Source: a virus (taxonomy: Duplodnaviria; Heunggongvirae; Uroviricota; Caudoviricetes). Taken from it: a stretch of 64,000 nucleotides of DNA. Positions 1 through 9,226 of this stretch are shown one piece after another (the stretch's first letter is position 1; every line of letters starts with the position of its first letter). The notes below the pieces were generated by a model. The model searched no databases. It saw only the letters and a program-made list of their open reading frames with translations, and was not told the origin of the DNA. The translations under genes were made by a program, and so were the position numbers. The stretch is from positions 16,765 to 80,764 of the IMG/VR virus record IMGVR_UViG_3300028591_000093; one strand, given 5' to 3'.

Positions 1-99
1 CACTAGATAACCCATGCAAGTGGGTCATAGACCTAACTGTGCAGGTAGAACTTACATGTGTAAATGTAGCCATCTCTTTCTGTGCCCTCCTTCAAGACA

Positions 100-1722
100 T
101 CAATTCTCTTTGGGAACTTGCAACAGTAGAGCATTTCTACTAAACCACGAACTTGCTCTTCTAAACTGCTCATTTCTTTGTATCAATTGTTGTTTAGGAA
201 TTTTTCCAAATCTCTTATATCCATACTCATCTGTATACCAGCCTATCTGTTCTGTGGAAGCTTTGGGAGGTGCTTGTTGAATTGTCTTACCAATCATATC
301 TTCATTAGCAAGCATACACATACCAAAAGCTGCTACAATATCGAACTTTCTTTTGTTAGCATAAGAGTACCTAAGTAACTCATTAAGTAACTCAGGAAAT
401 TCAATATAACTACAGTAGTCTGTTATATAGTCATTGATGAGGTCTAATTGATGGTTAATAATATCATCTGTTGCAGGAGTACCATACTGATTAGGATTTG
501 CTTTCCTAATAGTAGGCATAGTAGCTCTAGGTCTTTTTAGCAATAAGTCCATGCACTTCTTTTCTTTAAAGTAAGTTACAAGACTTATCTTAGTAGCTTC
601 TATCAGTCCTTTGCAGTTATACATTCTCATCAGCTTAATAGCATTATCAAATGCAATTCTAATATCTCTAGGTCTGTCTTTATATATTGCTACAGGTTTT
701 GGCGGGTTTAACCCCATCATCCTTTTATATATAATAATACAGAATTCAGATACATCAGATTGACCTGAAGAAGTAGAAGTATCATTGTCAATAGAGTCAA
801 TACCTGCAACATACAGATTATATGGGATTTGCCCATTATCATCCTTAGTAGGTAACTCTACTATTCTAATCTTACTATGAGAATCATATTCAAACTCAGG
901 AGGAGCAAACCTATCAACTTGATGAGGGTCATTCTTCAAAGGTCTGAATCTTAAACTAATACCTTGTGGAGGGTCAATCAGTTTATGTATCTCAATATTA
1001 TTTAGTTGAGTAGAAAGAGCTTCTTTATCAAACTTGTTCTCACCTTCAAGAATAAGAGCTTCTTCAGGAGTAAAGCAGTACTCTGCTTTATACATCATTA
1101 AATCTTTAGGGGAGTTCTCCAAAAGAGCTCTTCTATCCATGTAGTACTTCTTAGCTCTTTCTTCATCAACAACTCCTCTATTATCATAGCCTATCTCACC
1201 TTTATCTTGCTCGCCAAACCACATGGTGTAAGCAGGAATAAAGTAACCAGTATAAGCTACTTCTTGCGCTTCATTATATCTATTTTTATAAGGAAGAACT
1301 TTATACTTTTTAGGCTCATAGAACATTTTGGTGAGGCCTTCGAGATTAGGGCCAGAGTCACCACCAGTTCCCCAAGCATATCTGATACCAAACTTAATAC
1401 CATTGATTTCTGTTAAAGCTTCTCCTTTAATCCATGAGGCAATAAGGTGTTTATTAGAACCTGCTTCTTCAAATAAAAGCTTGTCAGTTCTATCACCTCT
1501 GACCTTATCTGGTACATCTGCTACTTTACCTTCAATTTCTGACATCCATCCAGATTCATTTCTTTCCTCGTCTAGAACAGATGCTCTCTTAAAGTCAGCA
1601 GTATCAATTACCATTCTTTGATGGGCAAACATTCCTTTAGTCCTTGTATTAAGGAAGTTCAGTTGTGTCCATATCTTATCAAGCAACTTACTCACAAAGA
1701 AGTCATTTGGAGCAGTTGCCAT
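100..1722 (-). CDS. terL: terminase large subunit, C-terminal part (Walker B and motif III of the packaging ATPase plus RNase H-like nuclease domain)
   Basis: 540-aa ORF. DKVRGDRTDKLLFEEAGS...AWGTGGDSGP parallels T4 gp17 DAVRGNSFAMIYIDECAF...TTTPNG. LYVAGIDSIDND fits the nuclease hhhGhD Asp motif. No Walker A here; it lies in ORF 2024-2659. TGA stop. Confidence 0.6.
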   Translation of the reverse strand: MATAPNDFFVSKLLDKIWTQLNFLNTRTKGMFAHQRMVIDTADFKRASVLDEERNESGWMSEIEGKVADVPDKVRGDRTDKLLFEEAGSNKHLIASWIKGEALTEINGIKFGIRYAWGTGGDSGPNLEGLTKMFYEPKKYKVLPYKNRYNEAQEVAYTGYFIPAYTMWFGEQDKGEIGYDNRGVVDEERAKKYYMDRRALLENSPKDLMMYKAEYCFTPEEALILEGENKFDKEALSTQLNNIEIHKLIDPPQGISLRFRPLKNDPHQVDRFAPPEFEYDSHSKIRIVELPTKDDNGQIPYNLYVAGIDSIDNDTSTSSGQSDVSEFCIIIYKRMMGLNPPKPVAIYKDRPRDIRIAFDNAIKLMRMYNCKGLIEATKISLVTYFKEKKCMDLLLKRPRATMPTIRKANPNQYGTPATDDIINHQLDLINDYITDYCSYIEFPELLNELLRYSYANKRKFDIVAAFGMCMLANEDMIGKTIQQAPPKASTEQIGWYTDEYGYKRFGKIPKQQLIQRNEQFRRASSWFSRNALLLQVPKEN

Positions 1723-2023
1723 AACTCTAGTATTTTCAAAAGCTGTGTATAAATTGACTGATATTGAAGCACTAATTTCAGAAGCACCTCAATTTGTTAC
1801 CCTATAGGCTTTTTATCCCATAGCTCTTATAGTTTCCTATAAGTTCAGCATATATTTTCAGCCACTCAAAGGTTGGGCTGTCCAACACTCTTGGGAGAAT
1901 TATATTTATTCATCTCCTATGCGTTACACTACTTACTAGCCTTTCGCTATCTAGTAAGTTAGCTAGATGTTAGCATTTTCAGCCTTCTTCTATTTTGCTG
2001 GATTTATTACCCTAATGTTCCCA

Positions 2024-2659
2024 TTAAGGAGTGCAAGTCTTTACACCTCTGCTCTTGAAAGCAACAACATCTTGCTTCAATTTAGCAGCCAATTCCATGT
2101 AATGAAAATACTCATATTGTTTTGCAATAAATGTAGGAAAGGTCTCATTTCTACCAGTTGCAGCTCCTTTGATACCAACAACACTCTTCATTCTGTAGTA
2201 GTTCAACCAGAAGTAGTTATCACCAGTAATGTGATATTTACCAATGGTAAGACCATTCATACATCTATCTAATTCTCTATAACACAGGTCAGCAAACATT
2301 ACCGTTCCTGGGATAAGAGATGTATACTCCCCAGTTTCTTCATAAGTCCTAGCCATTTCAGTAAATGGCGTAGGGTCAAAGTCTAGACCTTGTGTAGCAC
2401 TAATAGGTCTATAACCAGTGAGTTCATAAGAAAGTTCTGGGTCAAAATACTCTATAGGGTCTCCTATATGTACATCCCAGTCATCCTCTTTCTCAACTTT
2501 CTTAGTTTCCTGAACAGTCTGCTATTCCTTTTTTATATCTTCCTGGGGGATGTCTAGAATAACAGCTCTTCTTTTCTCTCTTTTAGCATCAAGAGCAGCC
2601 GCCTCTTTAGACAACTGCTCTTTTAATGCTGTTTTTTCTTCAGGAGATAACTTACCCAT
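2024..2659 (-). CDS. terL: terminase large subunit, N-terminal ATPase fragment with a P-loop-like GIKGAATGR; one in-frame TAG at 2522-2524 read as sense
   Basis: Frame is open from the ATG at 2659 to the TAA at 2024-2026 apart from a single TAG. No alternative start lies downstream of the TAG before M at 2356. Distance to the P-loop (about 170 aa) matches T4 gp17. The ORF track shows only the post-TAG piece 2024-2356. TAATG overlap with the upstream gene. Confidence 0.5.
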
Positions 2660-3246
2660 TATCTCTTATCAAAGAATCCTGGAGTCCTACCCCCTCTTAA
2701 TCCAGTAGATTCTGATTGTTCAGTTTTAAACTTTTCTTCAGCTTCTCTCTTAGCATCAAAGAGTTTTGGTAATTTGATATAATCATCCATAATATCTTTA
2801 GATGTAGTGAGAAACTTACCAGTAACCTCATCTCTCTCAGAGAGGTCAAGATTTTTATATCTTGCTGTTAACTTATGAACTGCATCGTTCATTGCTGCTA
2901 ACAGAGGACCAAATAAAGAAGAACTATCTTGTAATTGGTTATATCTGTCAAATGCCGCTTTAAACAATGGGTCTTGTAACTCTTCTTTAGTAAGACCTGT
3001 CGAAGCTAATGCCATCTCATGTCTTTCTTGAGGAGTACTCTTATTACCTGGTGCTAACCAATCTATAGCAAGATATATGTATGTCAGTTCCTTATATGCC
3101 TTAAGTCTTTTCTTACCAGTAGGGTCTTCCTTACATTTATTTCTATCTACATCCCATAAATCTTTGAATTCCTTCACTAGTAAAATTTCAGGTTCATTAA
3201 GAGTTAAGGCATTGGACTTATTATCATATACAAAAAACTTAACCAT
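2659..3246 (-). CDS. hypothetical protein (position immediately upstream of terL; possible small terminase subunit)
   Basis: 195-aa ORF, charged and helical. Gene order only; no motif recognised. Confidence 0.35.
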   Translation of the reverse strand: MVKFFVYDNKSNALTLNEPEILLVKEFKDLWDVDRNKCKEDPTGKKRLKAYKELTYIYLAIDWLAPGNKSTPQERHEMALASTGLTKEELQDPLFKAAFDRYNQLQDSSSLFGPLLAAMNDAVHKLTARYKNLDLSERDEVTGKFLTTSKDIMDDYIKLPKLFDAKREAEEKFKTEQSESTGLRGGRTPGFFDKR

Positions 3247-3257
3247 ATAGTAAACAA

Positions 3258-3668
3258 TTAGTGTAAGACAGGCAGGCCAGTACAGCTATCTACTTCAATA
3301 AGCCTGCCTCCAACTCTCTTGAGCATACAAGGACATTTCTTCTTAGGTTTACCACCTTGTCTAAGTTTCTTATAATACTCAAGTTTCATACCACACTTAG
3401 CTTTTGCAACGGCTTGCTGTACAATCTGTACAATTTGTGCAGTAATGTCTTTAGGTTGTGCACCTTCAGCAGCTAACTTACTAACAGATTCTGCTGCTTC
3501 TTTTACACCGCCAGCTGTTTGAATAAAGGCTTGTGCAATCTCAGGAGCATCATTCTCAGAAAGACCACCATCAATCAGAATCTTAACAATTCCTTGCGCA
3601 AGTTCTTCCTCAGAAGGAGCTTGAGTTGCACCACCTTCTTTAAATTTCTGTCTATTAAAGTATTGCAT
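3258..3668 (-). CDS. hypothetical protein with Ala/Gln-rich N-terminus and C-terminal CG...CPC zinc-ribbon-like motif
   Basis: 136-aa ORF, TAA stop. Confidence 0.4.
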   Translation of the reverse strand: MQYFNRQKFKEGGATQAPSEEELAQGIVKILIDGGLSENDAPEIAQAFIQTAGGVKEAAESVSKLAAEGAQPKDITAQIVQIVQQAVAKAKCGMKLEYYKKLRQGGKPKKKCPCMLKRVGGRLIEVDSCTGLPVLH

Positions 3669-3680
3669 AGTTATAAAAAA

Positions 3681-3944
3681 TTAGTCTTCTCTTCCAGACT
3701 TAACAAGAACTAAATCCTTTGTGGAGAATAAATTCTCTTGGAAAGCTCCTTCAGAAGTAAACCAGAAACAACTGATTCCCTTCAAAGTAGAGATAGAATT
3801 ATCCTTCAATTTATAAAGATTCTTGTCAATCTTAGAAACAACCATAATTGGTCTATTAGGAATGTCCTGTCTCAATGTAACAACATCACCAGGAACAAAA
3901 TATACTTTCTCTTCCATATTATTATACATTAGGATTATTGTCAA
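3681..3944 (-). CDS. hypothetical protein (87 aa)
   Basis: ORF track. Its start overlaps the end of the groES-like gene. Confidence 0.35.
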   Translation of the reverse strand: MTIILMYNNMEEKVYFVPGDVVTLRQDIPNRPIMVVSKIDKNLYKLKDNSISTLKGISCFWFTSEGAFQENLFSTKDLVLVKSGRED

Positions 3945-4257
3945 CTAATAAGAGGTTTTGTTCTGCAACAACCATATATCCAGACTCAAAGAATACAGGT
4001 CTAGCTCCTCTCATATCAAATAAAACATTGTCACCTTTGTGGACAACTTCACATTTATTACCAACAGCAAGAACCTTGCCCCATTTAAAGGGTTGTTCCT
4101 TATAATCAAGCTGACCACTGTCAGGGTTCTCAAACTCACCACCTGTTATTTCAAATTCATCCTCAGCAGCTTTCTTCTCATAAGGATTGAATTCATAAGG
4201 GTCAACTAAAATGTTAGTGAACACTGGAATAAAATTTTCTGTCATATCATTAAGCAT
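3922..4257 (-). CDS. groS: GroES-like co-chaperonin (Cpn10) with expanded mobile loop
   Basis: IPVFTNILVDPYE then loop then WGKVLAVGNKCEVVHKGDNVLFD matches GroES IRPLHDRVIVKR...GEVLAVGNG...VKVGDIVIF. Lies directly upstream of the GroEL-like gene. Confidence 0.55.
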   Translation of the reverse strand: MLNDMTENFIPVFTNILVDPYEFNPYEKKAAEDEFEITGGEFENPDSGQLDYKEQPFKWGKVLAVGNKCEVVHKGDNVLFDMRGARPVFFESGYMVVAEQNLLLVDNNPNV

Positions 4258-5707
4258 TAAGAATTAAACAAGAGCATGTTAAAATAATAGAGGCTGTATT
4301 TACAGCATTCTCTAAAGAAGTCTTAACAACTTCATATGGGTCTATCACACCTTCATTATATAAGTCATTTACCCATTTTCTAGTTTTAAAGTTATAACCT
4401 TGCCAATCTTGTGGGCATGGAATAACTTGTTCATTAGGACCAAAACAGTTCTTATATAATATATAATAAGGAGTAGTCAATACTTCTCTCAAGTACTTCA
4501 ATTGACTACCTAAATTAGTAGAAGCATCAAAAAGTGCTGTTCCACCACCAGGAAGAACTCCTCCTCTTAAAGCGGCTCTAGTAGCACCTACAGCATCTTC
4601 TACTCTATCCAATCTTTCTTTAACTTCTATCTCAGAGTAACCACCTACATAAATAGTGGCAATGCCTGCTGTGAAGTTAGCAAGTCTCTTTCTCTGGAAT
4701 TCTAAGTCTCCTTCATCAAGATTACCTTTTTCTAAAAGTCCTTGAATTGCTGTTACTTTTTCAGATACAGCTTGTTCATTACTTTTATATCCTACAAAGG
4801 TACAAGTATCAGCAGTAGCTACAACTTTATCACAATAAAGTGTATCTCCAAGAATATCTCTAATATCAGAAAGCAGAATACTTCTCTGGATACCAAAGTT
4901 AGGAGCAACTACCATACAGGAGTCTAACTTATGTAAGTTATTTAAAAGATTTATTTTTATCTCAGAATCAAAATCTGGAGCAATAAGCAATAGAGCTTTT
5001 TTCTTTCTGAGAGCTTCATTAGCTACCTCAGCAATTTTGGTAATCTCACTAATCTTTGTATCTGAGATGTATATCATTACATTGTTAAGTACACAAGTGT
5101 TTTCAGCAGTATTTACAAATCTGGAATCAAAGTAACCATTGTCAAATTGAAAACCTTCAGAGAATTCAATACCATCTGAGTTAGTTTTAGATTTCTCAAA
5201 CTTAACAATTCCATTCTTGCCTACTTTCTTAAAAGCTTCAGCAACAAGTGCACCTATTTTAATATCGTTGTTTGCAGAAAGTGTAGCAACTTTAGTTAAG
5301 TCATCAAGAGTAATATCTCTTTTATGTTCTTTTAACCAATCTACAACTTTCTTGCAATCTTCTTGTAAATCTCTTTGTATCTCTATAGGATTTTCCTTAC
5401 TATTACAAAGACTATTTACAATCTTGTTAGAAAGAATGGTAGCAGTAGTGCTACCATCTCCAATATCATTAGAAGTTTTTCTTGAAATATCTCTAACTGC
5501 ATCTATACCCATTTGAACAAAAGGATTCTCATGAGTAACATAAGTTGCTACAGTACTACCATCTTTAGTAACATGTAAATGTCTGCCAAGCTTAATCATT
5601 ACATTCTTACCACTTGGACCATAAGTAGCAGCAACACAATTAGAAACTAAATTTACACCTTTAATTAAAGATTCTCTGCATTCTTCAGTAAATTGTACAT
5701 TTTCCAT
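4250..5707 (-). CDS. groL: GroEL-like chaperonin (Cpn60), shortened C-terminus
   Basis: 485 aa. ATYGPSGKNVMIKL...VTKDGSTVA...NDIGDGSTTATILS parallels GroEL TLGPKGRNVVL...ITKDGVSVA...NDAAGDGTTTATVLA. Confidence 0.75.
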   Translation of the reverse strand: MENVQFTEECRESLIKGVNLVSNCVAATYGPSGKNVMIKLGRHLHVTKDGSTVATYVTHENPFVQMGIDAVRDISRKTSNDIGDGSTTATILSNKIVNSLCNSKENPIEIQRDLQEDCKKVVDWLKEHKRDITLDDLTKVATLSANNDIKIGALVAEAFKKVGKNGIVKFEKSKTNSDGIEFSEGFQFDNGYFDSRFVNTAENTCVLNNVMIYISDTKISEITKIAEVANEALRKKKALLLIAPDFDSEIKINLLNNLHKLDSCMVVAPNFGIQRSILLSDIRDILGDTLYCDKVVATADTCTFVGYKSNEQAVSEKVTAIQGLLEKGNLDEGDLEFQRKRLANFTAGIATIYVGGYSEIEVKERLDRVEDAVGATRAALRGGVLPGGGTALFDASTNLGSQLKYLREVLTTPYYILYKNCFGPNEQVIPCPQDWQGYNFKTRKWVNDLYNEGVIDPYEVVKTSLENAVNTASIILTCSCLILNA

Positions 5708-5713
5708 AATTTA

Positions 5714-6004
5714 TTACCATTTATTAAGAGGACACTTCTTAGAAGCTACCCTCAATGCTGCCTCATGTGGGCAGCCACATCCATTTATAAAACCTATTTT
5801 GTATTCCATAGACAATTCTCCTGTCTTTGGATTATACCATTTCATTCTATCACATTTACCTCCACCTACTGTATCAGTATGTAGAGGACAAGCTAAACAA
5901 ATTGGTTTTCTTTTATCGACAAGCTCCTGTTCTTTTTTAAGAACTCTGTTTGTCCACCCTTCTGCAATTTGTTCAACCTATTCAAAAGATTCTATACCAA
6001 ACAT
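5714..6004 (-). CDS. small Cys-rich protein (6 Cys) with in-frame TAG at codon 9
   Basis: ATG at 6004, TAG at 5978-5980, then an 86-codon open frame to TAATAA at 5711-5716. Missed by the ORF track because of the TAG. Confidence 0.45.
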
Positions 6005-6005
6005 T

Positions 6006-6557
6006 TTATCTTCTTTTTATTGGTCCACCTATACCTATCCCAGCATGTATACCAGCTTCAGGACCATGACCAAAAGTTCCATTGTTTACATTTCCATGTC
6101 CACCATAACCAGCTGAAAAACCAACAAACCAAACAATAGTAACTTTCTTAGGTGGTAAAACTACAGTTTCTTTCTTTTCATAATAGTTATGTTTCAAGCC
6201 AACCTCTTCAATGTTAGCATTAAAACCACTATACTTAATGTTAATTTCTGTAGATGTTGAATCTGTAGAAATTGTATCTTTATACTCTTTATGTTCTATT
6301 GGTAAATCTTGTACATAGACTGTATCACCATTATAAACATAAAAAGTATCAATTCTATCTATATATTTTACTTTTGTCTTTTCAACAATTCTTTCTTGAG
6401 TAACAGTTACTGTATCATGTACAGGAATATACTCAACTTTTGTAGTAGGTTCAGAACCTCTACAATTAGACATCAAACATATACACAAGATTATATTGAT
6501 TATAAATGATGCAATAAAATACTTGTGTTTATTCAGATAAGTCATTATCTTGCTCAT
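6006..6557 (-). CDS. lipoprotein with Gly/His-rich C-terminus
   Basis: N-terminal signal peptide with lipobox LMSNC. Start may be the second ATG at 6545. Confidence 0.5.
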   Translation of the reverse strand: MSKIMTYLNKHKYFIASFIINIILCICLMSNCRGSEPTTKVEYIPVHDTVTVTQERIVEKTKVKYIDRIDTFYVYNGDTVYVQDLPIEHKEYKDTISTDSTSTEINIKYSGFNANIEEVGLKHNYYEKKETVVLPPKKVTIVWFVGFSAGYGGHGNVNNGTFGHGPEAGIHAGIGIGGPIKRR

Positions 6558-6978
6558 GTTTCTTTCTCATTTTATGTAAAGCATAAGCTCCACCTAACAA
6601 AAATAAACAGAAAGGAGAGCCAACTGGAAATGTCTTACTGTTATATTCTACAAGGGCTACTTGTATAGCAGCTAAGAGACTTGCTTCACTTCGATAAGTA
6701 TTTTGTAAATCTAAACCTCCATCATTAAGAACATGTGCTATGTTATAATCAATTAGAAGTCCTGCACCAACCCAGTAAGTAACAGTAAAAGAGGTGCCAT
6801 CATTGGCAACTACTGTAACTGAGTGGTATCCAGGAGATTTGAGAGCTTGAGACTATTGATAATTTATATTATAACCAATAGCCTCACTCTATTTAAATCC
6901 CATGTTCTTTTGTATCTGTTCATTGCTAACTGGCTCTATAAGTAAAAGAATAGATAATAGCAATACTTTTAAATTCAT
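6529..6978 (-). CDS. secreted or membrane protein with two in-frame TAG codons (6889-6891 and 6853-6855)
   Basis: ATG at 6978 with signal-like MNLKVLLLSILLLI. Continuous 149-codon frame to TAA at 6529-6531. ATGA overlap with the upstream small gene. Confidence 0.45.
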
Positions 6979-7088
6979 TCTGCTTCTTTAGTTAAATTTT
7001 CAGGTACTTTTCTACCAGTAAATATTAAACTATATACAATCATTGCAATGCATAATTGTTTAAGTAACCATTTCCAAAACTTTTTCAT
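6975..7088 (-). CDS. small single-TM membrane protein (37 aa)
   Basis: MKKFWKWLLKQLCIAMIVYSLIF. ATGA overlaps at both ends link it to its neighbours. Confidence 0.4.
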   Translation of the reverse strand: MKKFWKWLLKQLCIAMIVYSLIFTGRKVPENLTKEAE

Positions 7089-7897
7089 AACATAATTGGA
7101 TTACATTGTTCTAAATCCTTTTTTAACTTTAAATCATTTATATGAAACCTAATCAATTTCTCAACTGTATTTTTAAGATATTCTACAGGATAAATAGCTT
7201 TTGGTTTCATATCTCTTACATGTACAATCTCTAACTTATCTATAATTAAATCTGGGTCTAATTGTTGTAAACACCAAGCATAAATAGAAAGTTGGAGATT
7301 ATAATGTGTGCCATTTACATCAGGTAGAGTATTCAGTGGGTATCTCATGTTTTTAGTCTTCATCCTACCTGTATCAAATCTACCCTTAAAAGATATTTTA
7401 TCAACATCTTTCCAATCAATAATGGAAATGTGTTTTCCTTGTTTGACAACTAAATCAGCTACTCCAACAAGAATATAGTCACCTACATTAACTTCCATCT
7501 TAAACTCTGGAAATAGTCCTGATTCAGTTACCATAAAATTATCAATCTGACAAACTGGAAGTTTTGCAATACCAAAAGTATTTTGTAGAGCTGCAACATC
7601 TTTAGTAAACATTTTCTCTAAAGCTTCATGAGTAGCAAGACCAGCTGCTTTAGCTTCATCGTTCTTATCTTTCCACTCTTTATTTATCTCTTCTAAAGCT
7701 TTCTCATATTCTTCTTTACCAACATCAGCAATGTACATTGGGAGAATTTTCTTACTTCTTAATAAACCTGTCTTAATTTCTGCAAATCTATCAGGTTCCA
7801 TTAACTTCTCTAAAGCTTTATATCCAGCCCAGAAATCACCATCAAAACAGTGATACTGTTGGAGTAATACAGTTGTTGCAATTCTATTGTCTTCCAT
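7085..7897 (-). CDS. PD-(D/E)xK nuclease, RecB/Cas4-like exonuclease family
   Basis: GVADLVV...IIDWKDVDK gives the D...ExK core. QLSIYAW gives a RecB-family QxxxY motif. Confidence 0.5.
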   Translation of the reverse strand: MEDNRIATTVLLQQYHCFDGDFWAGYKALEKLMEPDRFAEIKTGLLRSKKILPMYIADVGKEEYEKALEEINKEWKDKNDEAKAAGLATHEALEKMFTKDVAALQNTFGIAKLPVCQIDNFMVTESGLFPEFKMEVNVGDYILVGVADLVVKQGKHISIIDWKDVDKISFKGRFDTGRMKTKNMRYPLNTLPDVNGTHYNLQLSIYAWCLQQLDPDLIIDKLEIVHVRDMKPKAIYPVEYLKNTVEKLIRFHINDLKLKKDLEQCNPIML

Positions 7898-7900
7898 TTA

Positions 7901-8506
7901 TCATTTAACATTTGAAAAATCAAGGAGGGTTGAAATCTGTTGAGCTTTCTTGCTCAAGTCACCAGTAATAAATGATTTAGCAACTTTATGCTCACTCATG
8001 AATCCAACAATAATAAAACCTATAGGAGTATGCACACCTTGAAGAGGACAGACTACTACAGATTTAAAGCCATCCTCACTAAGTTCTTTATACATACCAG
8101 GGAATACAGATTTTAAGTCTTTGATGTCATCATACCAGACAATACCTTCCTTATCAATCCTATTTATAAAATGAGGTATTGATGAAAGTAACATATTACT
8201 AAACTGATTAGTCAACTCATCAATACCTAGTTTGTTCTGTTGAATAGTAGGAGTCATATGTAAGAATTGTAAACCTGTCAGATTAGCACCACCATTGTGA
8301 TATTCAAACACAATAGCTCTGTCAGCATCTGTTCTGTCTACAAGGTCCTTCATAACTTCCTTAACAAGCAATACTTTTTCTTTTCTTGCTTTTAATGACT
8401 TGGCATGAGTATCTTCTTTAGCATACTCTTCATGCCTTTTTTCAAAGTAGGGTTTCCAACTTGTAATGTAGGTTACAATGGCAAATACTATAAAGAAAAG
8501 TATCAC
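7901..8506 (-). CDS. membrane-anchored hypothetical protein
   Basis: 201 aa with an N-terminal TM helix MILFFIVFAIVTYI. Confidence 0.4.
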   Translation of the reverse strand: MILFFIVFAIVTYITSWKPYFEKRHEEYAKEDTHAKSLKARKEKVLLVKEVMKDLVDRTDADRAIVFEYHNGGANLTGLQFLHMTPTIQQNKLGIDELTNQFSNMLLSSIPHFINRIDKEGIVWYDDIKDLKSVFPGMYKELSEDGFKSVVVCPLQGVHTPIGFIIVGFMSEHKVAKSFITGDLSKKAQQISTLLDFSNVK

Positions 8507-8576
8507 ACCTAGAATACCCCACTAATTAAAAAAATCTAACACTGTACTAATGTTCATCTTTGTTCTTATTTTCTAG

Positions 8577-8648
8577 AGCACCTTTCCAGAATCGAACTGA
8601 AATCATCGGGTTACAAAGCCGAGGTAATAACCATTATACTAAAAGTGC
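8577..8648 (-). tRNA. tRNA-Thr(TGT)
   Basis: Manual cloverleaf. Acceptor GCACTTT/AAGGTGC, T-loop TTCGATT, anticodon loop TTTGTAA. One C-C mismatch closes the anticodon stem. Confidence 0.65.
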
Positions 8649-8652
8649 AAAT

Positions 8653-8727
8653 GCTGGCAGTACTGGACTCGAACCAGTAATCCCCTGATTAACAGTCAGG
8701 TGCAGTAACCATTTTGCTAACTACCAG
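8653..8727 (-). tRNA. tRNA-Asn(GTT)
   Basis: Acceptor CTGGTAG/CTGCCAG, anticodon arm CCTGA-CTGTTAA-TCAGG, T-loop TTCGAGT. Confidence 0.75.
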
Positions 8728-8733
8728 TAAAAG

Positions 8734-8806
8734 TAGTCTGGGATGGAGTTGAACCACCGACCTTCATCTTATCAGGATGACAATCTAACCACTGATATAC
8801 CAGACC
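8734..8806 (-). tRNA. tRNA-Ile(GAT)
   Basis: Acceptor GGTCTGG/CCAGACT, anticodon arm TCATC-CTGATAA-GATGA, T-loop TTCAACT. Confidence 0.75.
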
Positions 8807-8812
8807 AAAAAG

Positions 8813-8886
<74 letters not shown>

Positions 8887-8893
8887 ATATAAG

Positions 8894-8967
8894 ACACACT
8901 GATGAGATTTGAACTCATGAATAGCAGTTTTGCAGACTGCCCCCTTAGACCACTTGGGTACAGTGTG
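8894..8967 (-). tRNA. tRNA-Cys(GCA)
   Basis: Acceptor CACACTG/CAGTGTG, anticodon arm GCAGT-CTGCAAA-ACTGC, T-loop TTCAAAT. Confidence 0.8.
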
Positions 8968-8971
8968 AGAG

Positions 8972-9066
8972 TGGGAAGAGAGGGACTTGAACCCCCCTAC
9001 TGCAAAGGCCAATACAACAATTTGTTAAAGCAGGTAAGTTTTACAGACTTGTGTTGTTATCTTCCC
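8972..9066 (-). tRNA. atypical 95-nt tRNA-like gene (long-arm type II or intron-containing; anticodon unresolved, possibly TAA)
   Basis: Perfect 7-bp acceptor GGGAAGA/TCTTCCC and canonical T-arm GGGGG-TTCAAGT-CCCTC. D-loop lacks GG. There are 46 nt between the D-arm and T-arm that do not fold into a standard anticodon arm. Confidence 0.4.
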
Positions 9067-9071
9067 AATTG

Positions 9072-9144
9072 TCTAGATAGAGAGGCTCGAACTCCCGCTC
9101 ACTTGCTCCCAAAGCAAGAATGTTACCCATTACACCATATCTAG
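9072..9144 (-). tRNA. tRNA-Pro(TGG)
   Basis: Acceptor CTAGATA/TATCTAG, anticodon arm CTTGC-TTTGGGA-GCAAG, T-loop TTCGAGC. Confidence 0.75.
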
Positions 9145-9149
9145 AGTTG

Positions 9150-9221
9150 TGCAGCAGAAAGGATTCAAACCCTCCACTCCTGGTTGGAGGCCAGGTATGT
9201 TGTCACTAACACCACTACTGC
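9150..9221 (-). tRNA. tRNA-Gly(TCC)
   Basis: Acceptor GCAGTAG/CTGCTGC with one GU pair, anticodon arm CCTGG-CCTCCAA-CCAGG, T-loop TTTGAAT. Confidence 0.7.
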
Positions 9222-9226
9222 ATTTG

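Noticed and set aside
2024-2356. ORF-track ORF treated as a complete gene
   Set aside because: The frame stays open upstream through a single TAG to the ATG at 2659, and the P-loop distance then matches TerL. It is the post-TAG fragment of a longer gene.
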